From positions 1 to 49,474 of the forward strand of contig NZ_JBIIWV010000001.1 of NCBI RefSeq assembly GCF_044338735.1: a DNA stretch of 49,474 nucleotides, written 5' to 3'. This stretch comes from Flavobacterium sp. (GTDB lineage Bacteria; Bacteroidota; Bacteroidia; Flavobacteriales; Flavobacteriaceae). The translations under genes and the position numbers were made by a program. Below, in pieces: positions 27,781 to 37,095 of the stretch; the first letter of the stretch is position 1, and each line of letters starts with the position of its first letter. A model generated the notes under the pieces. It made no database searches. It saw only the letters and a program-made list of their open reading frames with translations, and was not told where the DNA came from.

Positions 27781-29739
27781 ATGTGTGGAATAAATGGATT
27801 TTTAACTTCCGTTAATACAAATGAATTAGAGCTTATTAAGGTACTTAAGGATAGTACAGATAAAATAATTCATAGAGGACCTGATTCAAATGGATTTTGG
27901 GTTGATAGTACGAAAGGAATTTATTTGGGGCACAGAAGGCTTTCAATTGTAGATTTATCGCCCACTGGTGCTCAACCCATGTCGTCAAATGGGGGTAGAT
28001 ATACGATTTGTTTAAATGGTGAGATTTATAATCATCTTGAGCTGAGGAATGAATTGTCTTTATGTACCACTACTAATACTACTATCGTATGGAAGGGTAG
28101 TTCAGACACGGAAACGCTAATTAATTGTTTTGAAGTTTGGGGTATTGAGGCTACTTTAAAAAAAACAACCGGTATGTTTGCTTTTTCTCTTTGGGATAGT
28201 TACACAGATGAACTAACAATTGGTCGTGATAGATTTGGGGAAAAACCATTGTTTTATGGATGGCAAGAAAGCACCTTTTTTTTTAGTTCTGAGTTAAAAT
28301 CAATTAAATCAAACCCGCTTTTCAAATCTGAAATTGATAGAAACGCTCTAGGATTATATGTTAAGTATGCATACGTAACCGCACCATATAGTATTTATAA
28401 AAATATTTACAAATTATCTCCTGGATCATTTCTCACGGTTTCTTTAAATTCAAAAAACTCAAAACCAGCAGTGTATTGGTCTTCTTTAAATCAGATGATG
28501 GATTCTTATGAAAAACCTTTTACTGGAAATAAAGATCAAGCGGTTGAACAATTAAATAGTATATTGACAAATGCGGTAAAAAAACAAATGATGGCCGATG
28601 TGCCTTTAGGAGCTTTTTTATCAGGCGGAATTGATTCTTCTGTAATAGTAGCCTTAATGCAATCGTTGTCAGACGCACCCATTAAAACCTATACCATTGG
28701 GTTTAAAGAAGATGGTTATAATGAAGCGCATTATGCAAAGAAAGTAGCAGAACATATAGGAACAGATCATACGGAACTATATGTAACTGAAAAAGATGCT
28801 TTGAATGTTATACCTCAATTACCTTATTTTTATGATGAACCTTTCGCTGATTCATCTCAAATACCAACCTATTTAGTTTCAAAATTAGCCAGTGAGTCGG
28901 TTACGGTTTCACTTTCAGGTGATGCCGCTGATGAGTTATTTGGTGGATATAATCGCTATTTATTTGCAAATAATTTATGGAAAAAAATAGCTATATTTCC
29001 AATTGGTTTGAGGCAAATTATTTCCAAATTACTTACAAGCGTTTCACCTCAAACATATAATTCTCTTTTTAAAATTTTATCTTTCGATGCCTCTTTTAAT
29101 AAAAAACGAAATATTGGAGATAAAATTCATAAAGCCATGGGGATTATAACTAGTTCTAGTAATTTGGAACTATATGACCGAATAATTTCTTCTTGGTACA
29201 CACCTTCTAGTATTGTAATTGGGGGCGAAGATGTATTTGCATTAAAAGAAGCTGCACCTAGTCAAATTAATAAATTTGATCCCATTTCTAAGATGATGGC
29301 AATGGATTTAATTTCTTATTTGCCCGATGATATTTTATGTAAAGTGGATAGGGCTGCCATGGCAACCTCATTAGAAACTAGAGTGCCTTTTCTTGACCAT
29401 AGTGTAATGCAGTTTGCATGGAGTTTGCCTTTAGACTACAAAATATTTGACAATAAAACCAAATGGGTTTTAAGAGAGGTTTTATATAAATATGTTCCAA
29501 AAGAACTAATTGACCGACCTAAAATGGGATTTGGCGTCCCAATTGATACTTGGTTGCGAGGTGATTTAAGGGATTGGGCGGAAAAATTATTAAATGAAGA
29601 TAGACTTTTGCAAGAAGGGTTTTTTAACCCGAAGCCGATTAGAAAAAAGTGGGAGGAGCATTTATCTGGTAAAAGAAATTGGCAACAGCAACTATGGGTA
29701 ATTTTAATGTTCCAGTCTTGGCTGGAAAAAAACAAATAA
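27781..29739 (+). CDS. Asparagine-synthetase-like glutamine amidotransferase (polysaccharide amidation), copy 1
   Basis: MCGING Ntn start, HRGPD, NGEIYN, LSGGIDSS, SGDAADELFGGY and KVDRAAMA…ETRVPFLD. Confidence 0.9.
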   Translation: MCGINGFLTSVNTNELELIKVLKDSTDKIIHRGPDSNGFWVDSTKGIYLGHRRLSIVDLSPTGAQPMSSNGGRYTICLNGEIYNHLELRNELSLCTTTNTTIVWKGSSDTETLINCFEVWGIEATLKKTTGMFAFSLWDSYTDELTIGRDRFGEKPLFYGWQESTFFFSSELKSIKSNPLFKSEIDRNALGLYVKYAYVTAPYSIYKNIYKLSPGSFLTVSLNSKNSKPAVYWSSLNQMMDSYEKPFTGNKDQAVEQLNSILTNAVKKQMMADVPLGAFLSGGIDSSVIVALMQSLSDAPIKTYTIGFKEDGYNEAHYAKKVAEHIGTDHTELYVTEKDALNVIPQLPYFYDEPFADSSQIPTYLVSKLASESVTVSLSGDAADELFGGYNRYLFANNLWKKIAIFPIGLRQIISKLLTSVSPQTYNSLFKILSFDASFNKKRNIGDKIHKAMGIITSSSNLELYDRIISSWYTPSSIVIGGEDVFALKEAAPSQINKFDPISKMMAMDLISYLPDDILCKVDRAAMATSLETRVPFLDHSVMQFAWSLPLDYKIFDNKTKWVLREVLYKYVPKELIDRPKMGFGVPIDTWLRGDLRDWAEKLLNEDRLLQEGFFNPKPIRKKWEEHLSGKRNWQQQLWVILMFQSWLEKNK

Positions 29740-29757
29740 CTTAAAGAATATATTTCT

Positions 29758-30540
29758 GTGAAAAATATTTTTAACTTGTTTTTTTTACTTTCAATTTGTC
29801 TTACGGTGGTAACTATTTTTGGAATTTCTTTGCCACCCAAGTCAACTGTTCAAGCTGGAAATATCCCTGGTTATAATTATCAGATTTATTCACGAGATAC
29901 ATTATTAAACCTGATTAATCGTCAGCAAATAAAAAAAGTTGATGCTAATTTTTTTTATACTCTCAATGAAGTGGTGTTTAAAACATTGCCACATGCTGTT
30001 GCTCCTGCTGCATTGAAGTTTCAACATAATTGGCTTTTGTATCTTCTTCATTTTATTAAAGGAAAAACAATTTTATATACGCAAAATTCAAAATATATTG
30101 TGCTTAGCGATGCCGCTGTATGTTCTCAAAAAGCTAGAGTTATAAATGACATAGCAAAATTAAACAACATCAATGCACGTTTTGTAAGTTTTGAGGGCCA
30201 TGTTTTTTCAGAGGTATTTGTTAACCAAAAATGGCTTATTTTGGACCCTGACTTTGGTATAGTTTTACCTTTTGGTTCTTCTGAATTAAATAATTTTCAA
30301 AATCATTATTTGATTCGAAGTAAGCTTTTAAAATTAGGGTATAAAAAAAACAGTATTGATAATTACATAAATATTGTTTCAAGTAATAAAATAAAAGTAC
30401 ACAAAGTTCACGAAGCGCATGAAACAAAAGTTTGGTATATAGAGTTAACAACGCGATGGCTTAGTTTGGGTTTACCTATTCTCTTTATAGTATTTTTTGT
30501 TTATACTAGATGGTATAAATTATATCATTATCAAATTTAA
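29758..30540 (+). CDS. Membrane-anchored transglutaminase-like (Cys-His-Asp) protein
   Basis: N-terminal signal/TM, AVCSQ, GHVFSEV, WLILDPDFG and a C-terminal TM. Confidence 0.55.
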   Translation: MKNIFNLFFLLSICLTVVTIFGISLPPKSTVQAGNIPGYNYQIYSRDTLLNLINRQQIKKVDANFFYTLNEVVFKTLPHAVAPAALKFQHNWLLYLLHFIKGKTILYTQNSKYIVLSDAAVCSQKARVINDIAKLNNINARFVSFEGHVFSEVFVNQKWLILDPDFGIVLPFGSSELNNFQNHYLIRSKLLKLGYKKNSIDNYINIVSSNKIKVHKVHEAHETKVWYIELTTRWLSLGLPILFIVFFVYTRWYKLYHYQI

Positions 30541-30552
30541 AAATTAAAATAA

Positions 30553-32439
30553 ATGTGTGGAATTAATGGTTTTTTAGCTATAAATAAGGGTAAAAATATT
30601 GCGGAGCAATTGGAGAAAATGAATAACTTAATTATTCATAGAGGTCCAGATGCTGATGGCGAATTTGTTGCTATGGAGGATCATTTTGGCATTGCGATGG
30701 GTATGCGTAGGCTGTCTATAATCGATTTAAGCACGGGTAATCAACCTATTTATTCAGAAGATCAATCTAAAGTTATAGTTTTTAATGGAGAAATTTATAA
30801 TTATAAGGTACTAAAGGAGCAATTAATCGAACAAGGCTGCAATTTTAAAACTAATTCGGATACAGAAGTAATTTTAAAACTCTATGAAAAAGAAGGCGTG
30901 AAATCTTTTGGAAAGTTAGACGGAATGTTTGCTTTTAGTATTTATGATAAAACTATTGGAAAAGTCCTTATAGCTAGAGATTTTTTTGGAGAGAAGCCGT
31001 TATATTATTCACAAACAAATGATGGTTTTATATGGGCTTCCGAATTAAAATCGATAATAGCAACATTACCAAGCAAGCCAGAAATTGATACAACTGGTTT
31101 GTCATTATATTTTCAATTGACATATATCCCAGCACCGTTTACTATTTATGAAGGAATTCATAAATTACAAGCCAATCATTTTATTGAATTGGATTGTAAT
31201 GAAAATTCTTATTTAATAGTTGAAATTGAAAAGCCAATCAATAAGTTTACTATACAATCAAAAAAAGAAGCAACAAAAACAACACACGATTTAGTTCAAA
31301 ACAGTGTGCTTACACGAGCTATCTCCGATGTTCCGCTTGGTACTTTTTTATCGGGTGGTGTAGATTCTTCTGTAGTGTCTTTGTGTTTGTCACAACAACA
31401 AGAAAAAAAAATAGACACCTTTTCTGTTGGCTTTGAAAAAAAATCATTTGATGAGTCAGACAAATCGCGTTTGGTATCAAAATTAATTAATAGTAATCAT
31501 CACGAATTTATTATTTCTGAAAAAGATTTAACAGCTAATATTGACGAAATTATATTAAATTTTGATGAGCCTTTTGCCGATTCTTCTGCATTGGCTACTT
31601 ATTTGGTGTCAAAAAAAACTAAAGATTTTGTTAAAGTAGCCTTAACAGGTGATGGCGGCGATGAGGTTTTTGGAGGGTATAATAAATACTACATGGGTAG
31701 GTTAAATCAAAAATACACGTCCCTAATTCCACAAAAATTGCATACCAGTAGTTTGCAAATAGTAAATAAATTGTTAAGCACTAAACAGGATTCAAGAGGA
31801 CTTAGATTTAAAGCTAGTAGATTGCTTAAGTCAATAAACTATGAAGGTGATTTTTATTATAATATAATTTCGTTAGGATTTAATGAAGTTGAGATAAAAG
31901 ATATATTACAATCAAATGTTTATAAACCAAAAACCTTAAATTATTATAAAAATTTAATAAATTCTAAAAACAATTCAATAACTAATTTTAGAGCCATTGA
32001 CAAACAATTGAGTTTGGAAGGAGACATGTTGGTTAAAGTGGATAGAACTAGTATGTTGGCTTCATTAGAATGTAGAGCGCCGTTTTTAAATAAGAAACTT
32101 TGGGATTTTACCAATCAATTACCAGATTCCTATCTTATAAATGGTTGGGATAAAAAACACATACTTAAAGAAGCGTTTAAAGATTATTTTCCAAAAGATT
32201 TTTTAAATAAATCCAAAAAAGGGTTTGGCGTGCCTGTTGGCGATTGGTTACGTTCTGAGTTGCGTTCAGAATTATTATCGTATATTGATAAAGTATTTGT
32301 CATCAAACAAAATATATTTCAATTTGATGTTATTTCAAAAATGGTAGAAGATCACTTGAGTTCAAAAATGGACAATACTTTTAGAGTTTGGACCTATTAT
32401 TGTTTTCAAAAATGGTATAAAAATACGTATGAAGCCTAA
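30553..32439 (+). CDS. Asparagine-synthetase-like glutamine amidotransferase, copy 2
   Basis: MCGING, HRGPD, RRLSIID, LSGGVDSS, TGDGGDEVFGGY and KVDRTSM. Confidence 0.9.
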   Translation: MCGINGFLAINKGKNIAEQLEKMNNLIIHRGPDADGEFVAMEDHFGIAMGMRRLSIIDLSTGNQPIYSEDQSKVIVFNGEIYNYKVLKEQLIEQGCNFKTNSDTEVILKLYEKEGVKSFGKLDGMFAFSIYDKTIGKVLIARDFFGEKPLYYSQTNDGFIWASELKSIIATLPSKPEIDTTGLSLYFQLTYIPAPFTIYEGIHKLQANHFIELDCNENSYLIVEIEKPINKFTIQSKKEATKTTHDLVQNSVLTRAISDVPLGTFLSGGVDSSVVSLCLSQQQEKKIDTFSVGFEKKSFDESDKSRLVSKLINSNHHEFIISEKDLTANIDEIILNFDEPFADSSALATYLVSKKTKDFVKVALTGDGGDEVFGGYNKYYMGRLNQKYTSLIPQKLHTSSLQIVNKLLSTKQDSRGLRFKASRLLKSINYEGDFYYNIISLGFNEVEIKDILQSNVYKPKTLNYYKNLINSKNNSITNFRAIDKQLSLEGDMLVKVDRTSMLASLECRAPFLNKKLWDFTNQLPDSYLINGWDKKHILKEAFKDYFPKDFLNKSKKGFGVPVGDWLRSELRSELLSYIDKVFVIKQNIFQFDVISKMVEDHLSSKMDNTFRVWTYYCFQKWYKNTYEA

Positions 32440-33598
32440 ATTATTACGAGTTACAACAGTACCGGAATCTCTTAAAATATTATTGAAAGGGCAGCACAAA
32501 TTTATGTCAACCAACGGATTTGAAGTGATTGGAGTTTCAAGCGCTGGCAGTACATTGCACGAAGTAAGTAAAGAAGAAGAAATTAGAGTAATTGAGATTG
32601 AAATGAGTAGAAAAATTACTCCAATTAACGATTTTTTTTCTGTATATCATCTTTACAAAGTAATTAAAAAAGAAAAACCAATAATTGTTCATTCCCATAC
32701 GCCTAAAGCGGGTATAGTTTCAATGTTAGCCGCAAAGTTGGCAAATGTACCTATCAGATTACATACAGTTGCCGGATTGCCCTTAATGGAAGCTACAGGA
32801 ATGAAACGCAAAGTATTAAATTTTGTTGAAAAAGTTACTTATGCTTGTGCCACAAAAGTTTATCCTAATTCAAAAGGGTTGTATGAATTTATCGTTAATC
32901 AAGAATTAGGATCATCTGTAAAAATGAAAGTTATTGCAAATGGAAGCTCTAATGGAATTGATACAACTTATTTCGATTCAGAAAGAATTTCAGAAGAACA
33001 AAGGCGCGAATTACGAACTAAATTAAACATTCAAAAAGCAGATTTTGTTTTTGTTTTTGTTGGACGATTGGTAGGAGATAAAGGAATTAATGAATTAATT
33101 GATGCGTTTTCTAAAATAAAAGATTGTAATGTAAAATTACTTTTAGTCGGCGGGCTTGAACCTGATTTAGATCCTTTATTTAAACATACAATTAATGAAA
33201 TCGATAAAAATTCAAATATTATTTCAGTTGGTTTTCAAAGAGACGTACGCCCTTATTTTGCTGTAAGTAATTGTTTGGTTTTTCCTAGCTATCGGGAAGG
33301 ATTTCCTAATGTTGTTATGCAGGCAGGAGCTATGGCATTGCCAAGCATAGTTTCAAATATAAATGGTTGTAATGAAATTATTGAAGAAGGCATTAATGGA
33401 ACTATAATACCTTTAAAAGACGCTGATTCTTTATTTGAGTCAATGCTCAAAATACTCAATGACAAATCATGGAGAAATCAATTAGTTAGTAATGCAAGAG
33501 ACAAAATAGTATCTCGTTTTGAACAACAATTAGTTTGGGATGCTTTATTAAATGAATATAATAATTTGTTAATTGAAAATAAGCAGCATAATGTATAG
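32429..33598 (+). CDS. GT4 glycosyltransferase (PglA/CapM-like, second-sugar transferase)
   Basis: HSHTPKAG, GSSNGID, GRLVGDKG and PSYREGFPNV. Confidence 0.9.
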   Translation: MKPKLLRVTTVPESLKILLKGQHKFMSTNGFEVIGVSSAGSTLHEVSKEEEIRVIEIEMSRKITPINDFFSVYHLYKVIKKEKPIIVHSHTPKAGIVSMLAAKLANVPIRLHTVAGLPLMEATGMKRKVLNFVEKVTYACATKVYPNSKGLYEFIVNQELGSSVKMKVIANGSSNGIDTTYFDSERISEEQRRELRTKLNIQKADFVFVFVGRLVGDKGINELIDAFSKIKDCNVKLLLVGGLEPDLDPLFKHTINEIDKNSNIISVGFQRDVRPYFAVSNCLVFPSYREGFPNVVMQAGAMALPSIVSNINGCNEIIEEGINGTIIPLKDADSLFESMLKILNDKSWRNQLVSNARDKIVSRFEQQLVWDALLNEYNNLLIENKQHNV

Positions 33599-34193
33599 AA
33601 GTTATTTAAAATTCTTAATAGATTTCATCTTTTCTTTAGTTGTTTTTAGTATATCTTTTCCAATTTTGTTACTAGTTATTTTACTTTTGATTATTGCAAA
33701 TCAAGGAAAACCGTTCTTTTTTCAACTAAGACCGGGCAAAAACGGCAAAATATTTAAAATAATAAAGTTCAAAACTATGAACGATAAAAAAGATAATGAA
33801 GGAAATTTACTTCCGGATGCAAACCGATTAACAAAAATTGGTGCTTTTGTCCGAAAGACTTCTTTAGACGAAATTCCACAATTATTAAATGTACTAAAAG
33901 GAGACATGAGTTTGATAGGGCCAAGACCTTTGTTACCCGAATATTTGCCCTTATATAACGAATCGCAAAATAGAAGACATGAGGTAAAACCAGGTATTAC
34001 GGGTTGGGCACAAGTAAACGGAAGAAATTCTATCAGTTGGCAACAAAAATTTGAATACGATACATGGTATGTGGATAATATGTCATTTGTATTAGATTGT
34101 AAAATTTTATTTTTAACAATTAAAAAAGTGTTTAAACGAGAAGGAATAACCGCTGAAAATTCAGTTTCAGCAGAAACATTTAAAGGAAACTAA
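33591..34193 (+). CDS. pglC: Initiating phosphoglycosyl transferase (PglC-like)
   Basis: Start at ATG 33591 (MYRSYLKFLID), KFKTM, RKTSLDEIPQL, GPRP and PGITGWAQV. Confidence 0.88.
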   Translation: MYRSYLKFLIDFIFSLVVFSISFPILLLVILLLIIANQGKPFFFQLRPGKNGKIFKIIKFKTMNDKKDNEGNLLPDANRLTKIGAFVRKTSLDEIPQLLNVLKGDMSLIGPRPLLPEYLPLYNESQNRRHEVKPGITGWAQVNGRNSISWQQKFEYDTWYVDNMSFVLDCKILFLTIKKVFKREGITAENSVSAETFKGN

Positions 34194-34194
34194 T

Positions 34195-34809
34195 ATGTAT
34201 TTATTTGGAGCTAGCGGACATTGTAAAGTGGTAATTGATATCATTCAAAAATCAAATTTAGATGTAATTGAAGGTATTATTGATGACAAACCAATTGTCG
34301 ATAAAATTTTCAACATTCCAGTTATTAAGACACCAGAAACAAATTTTTTTCATAATAAATCTTTAATTATTTCAATCGGGAATAATAAAACAAGACAAAA
34401 GATAGTGAGTCAAATATTCACTAATTATCTAACAGCAATTCATCCAACATCAATTATAGCTACTCATGTAACTATAGAAGAAGGCACCGTTATTATGGCG
34501 GGTGCAATTTTAAATCCCAATGTTAAAGTAGGGAAACATTGTATCGTTAATTCAGGCGCGGTTATAGAACATGATTGTGTTTTAGATAATTTTGTACACC
34601 TATCACCAAATGCCGCTTTGGCTGGAAATGTTTCCATAGGAGAAGGCGCTCATATAGGAATTGGGTCGTCCATTATCCAAGGTGTTAAAATAGGAAAATG
34701 GGCAACCATTGGCGCAGGAACAGTTGTGCTAAATGATGTTCCTGATTATGCTGTGATTGTTGGAAATCCTGGAAAAATTATAAAATATAATTCTATAGAA
34801 AATGAATAA
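34195..34809 (+). CDS. pglD: Sugar N-acetyltransferase (PglD/NeuD family)
   Basis: GASGH, IEHD catalytic motif, hexapeptide repeats and VGNPG. Confidence 0.85.
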   Translation: MYLFGASGHCKVVIDIIQKSNLDVIEGIIDDKPIVDKIFNIPVIKTPETNFFHNKSLIISIGNNKTRQKIVSQIFTNYLTAIHPTSIIATHVTIEEGTVIMAGAILNPNVKVGKHCIVNSGAVIEHDCVLDNFVHLSPNAALAGNVSIGEGAHIGIGSSIIQGVKIGKWATIGAGTVVLNDVPDYAVIVGNPGKIIKYNSIENE

Positions 34810-35947
34810 CTCAAAAATATGGCTTTCCTCGCCACACATGGGAGGAACCGAACAACAATACATACAAGAAGCCTTTGATGCCAATTGGGTGGCGCCTTTA
34901 GGTCCAAACGTAAACGGATTAGAACAAGACTTAGAAAACTATTTGGGGAATAATGCTCACGTAGGCGCATTAAGTTCAGGCACAGCTGCTATTCATTTAG
35001 GTTTAATCTTATTAGGTGTACAACCGGGTGACGAAGTAATTTGCCAAAGCATGACATTTTCAGCATCGGCAAACCCAATTTTATATCTTGGTGCCACACC
35101 TGTTTTTGTAGATAGCGAAACACAAACTTGGAACCTTTGTCCCGTAGCATTAGAAGAAGCTATTTTAGCTCGAATCCAAAAAGGAAAGAAACCAAAGGCG
35201 ATTATTGCAGTACATTTATACGGAGTGCCTTATCAAATTGAAGCAATCAGAGTCGTAGCAGATACGTATCAAATTCCAATTCTTGAAGATAGTGCAGAAG
35301 CATTAGGCAGCACATACAAAGGACAAAAATGTGGTACGTTTGGAAATATTGGTATTTTGTCATTTAATGGTAATAAAATCATTACTACTTCTGGTGGTGG
35401 AGCAATAGTCACGCAAACGGAAGCACTAAAAGAAAAAGCCATTTTCTATGCTACACAAGCTAGAGATAACGCACCGCATTACCAACATAGTGAAATAGGT
35501 TACAACTACCGCATGAGCAACATTTGTGCAGGTATTGGACGAGGGCAAATGGAAGTATTAGACAAGCATGTTGCCTTACGAAGACAAATGCACGATTTTT
35601 ATGTAGAAGTATTTGCAGGAGTTGAAGGCGTGGAAGTATTTTCTTCTCCAACTGAAGACTATTATGCTAATTATTGGCTAAGTGCCATTACCATTGACGA
35701 AAACAAAACCAAAGGCATCACAAGAGAAACACTTAGGTTAGCCTTAGATGCTGAAAATATTGAATCCCGTCCGTTGTGGAAACCCATGCATTTACAACCC
35801 ATTTTCTTCAACTACCCGTATTACGGAAAGCAGGTAGCCGAAACACTTTTTGAAACGGGATTGTGTTTGCCTTCCGGTTCTAATCTTACTGATGAGGATC
35901 GCACCCGAATAAAAAAAGCAATACATACTATTTTCAAACACCAATAA
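34802..35947 (+). CDS. pglE: PLP-dependent UDP-4-keto-6-deoxy-GlcNAc 4-aminotransferase (PglE/EpsN-like)
   Basis: IWLSSPHM, NWVAPLGP, EDSAEALG, SFNGNKIITTSGGG (PLP Lys) and RPLWKPMH. Confidence 0.87.
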   Translation: MNNSKIWLSSPHMGGTEQQYIQEAFDANWVAPLGPNVNGLEQDLENYLGNNAHVGALSSGTAAIHLGLILLGVQPGDEVICQSMTFSASANPILYLGATPVFVDSETQTWNLCPVALEEAILARIQKGKKPKAIIAVHLYGVPYQIEAIRVVADTYQIPILEDSAEALGSTYKGQKCGTFGNIGILSFNGNKIITTSGGGAIVTQTEALKEKAIFYATQARDNAPHYQHSEIGYNYRMSNICAGIGRGQMEVLDKHVALRRQMHDFYVEVFAGVEGVEVFSSPTEDYYANYWLSAITIDENKTKGITRETLRLALDAENIESRPLWKPMHLQPIFFNYPYYGKQVAETLFETGLCLPSGSNLTDEDRTRIKKAIHTIFKHQ

Positions 35948-35977
35948 AAAAACCGCCAGATGGCGGTTTTTTTATTG
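35942..35977. terminator. Bidirectional intrinsic terminator ending the long operon
   Basis: caataaaaaaaccgcca-ga-tggcggtttttttattg, a perfect inverted repeat overlapping the pglE stop. Confidence 0.9.
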
Positions 35978-36019
35978 TCTATTTCATTTTTTATTTCAAA
36001 ACTCACGTATAAGTTAATT

Positions 36020-36430
36020 CCCTTTGCGTTCCTTGCGAAAAACTTCGCGAACCTTGCGGTTAAAGCATTCAGTTTTCAGCAATTATTACTATTTAATTTG
36101 AAATAAATAAAATCTTAATGCTCTTAATGCCTCAATGTTTTAAAATCGCTTATTTGTGCTATTGAATGCGAAGCATTTTCTTATATTTCCTTATATGCCT
36201 TATATGGTCACACTTCAACATCCAAAACACGCTTTATACAATTCTCATAGCGCGCTTGGCGTAAAACTTCGCGAACTTTGCGGTTAAAGCATAAGCTGTC
36301 AGCAATCAGCCGTTAGCTTTTCGTAAATCCCAAATCGTAAATCTCAAATTTCCACTTCATCAATCTAACAATCTAAATATCTAATTCACTAATTGGCACA
36401 TTAGCTCATTGGCACATTGACTAATTACCC
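36020..36430. repeat. Intergenic mosaic of at least seven different 7/8/9-nt repeat runs
   Basis: cttgcg-type runs (36022-36068, 36246-36292), cttaatg x3, cttatat x3, tcagcaa/tcagccg, cgtaaat/cccaaat/ctcaaat, aatctaac/aatctaaa and attggcac/attagctc/attgacta. Confidence 0.8.
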
Positions 36431-36979
36431 TCAAATTTTCCAAATCAAATTCACCCCACCACGATAAGGCAACCATTCGCCACTTTTATTAAATTTATCG
36501 GCATCTTCATAACGCACACCAGTTGTGCTATCGTATCCTTTATAAAAACTTTGAATCGTACCACCACCTACAAAAGCTTCTAAAGCAAACTTCTCGGTTA
36601 TGGCATACACATAACCAATACTAATACCGGCCATATAATTATACCCTTTCTGATAATAATTAGTATTTTCATAACCATATTTTTGCAAATTAAACGTACT
36701 TCCTCCAATATGTCCTCCCACATAAAAACCGGTTAGCTCGGGCTTCGAATAATAACGAATTTCAGGGGTAACAATTAAAAAGCGCAAGGGCATACCGTTA
36801 TAACTATTGAACACGGAACCAATAGCATCAATATGAAAGCTAAATCGTTTGCCCAAGCCTTTTTCATAACCTACTGAAGGAAAGCCAAGTAGCGTAGTAG
36901 CCGCATTCACATGAACCCGTTGTTGCCCAAAAACATTACTAAAAAACAACACAAAACAAACAACCAAAAAACGATTCAT
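36431..36979 (-). CDS. DUF3575-like outer-membrane beta-barrel protein
   Basis: Signal peptide ending FG-Q, PSVGYE, TPEIRYY…GFYVG, alternating beta-strand pattern and terminal GVNLIWKI. Confidence 0.72.
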   Translation of the reverse strand: MNRFLVVCFVLFFSNVFGQQRVHVNAATTLLGFPSVGYEKGLGKRFSFHIDAIGSVFNSYNGMPLRFLIVTPEIRYYSKPELTGFYVGGHIGGSTFNLQKYGYENTNYYQKGYNYMAGISIGYVYAITEKFALEAFVGGGTIQSFYKGYDSTTGVRYEDADKFNKSGEWLPYRGGVNLIWKI

Positions 36980-37067
36980 ATTTAAAATTTTGGTAAATAT
37001 AAGTATTTAAATTTTCAACAAGAACTGAAAAAAACCAATCTTATATTTTTTTTAGTCAAAAAAAGTA

Positions 37068-37075
37068 TAACTTTG
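37068..37075 (+). promoter_or_regulatory. -7 promoter box for pglF-like gene
   Basis: TAACTTTG, 20 nt upstream of ATG 37096. No clear -33 TTTG. Confidence 0.5.
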
Positions 37076-37095
37076 TGTATAATAATTCCCCAAGT

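Noticed and set aside
27781-32439. asnB genes as asparagine biosynthesis
   Set aside because: Two copies, each next to a glycosyltransferase in a uronic-acid locus, fit sugar amidation better.
36020-36430. CRISPR array
   Set aside because: Only two 30-bp near-copies 224 bp apart, no regular repeat-spacer period and no cas genes.
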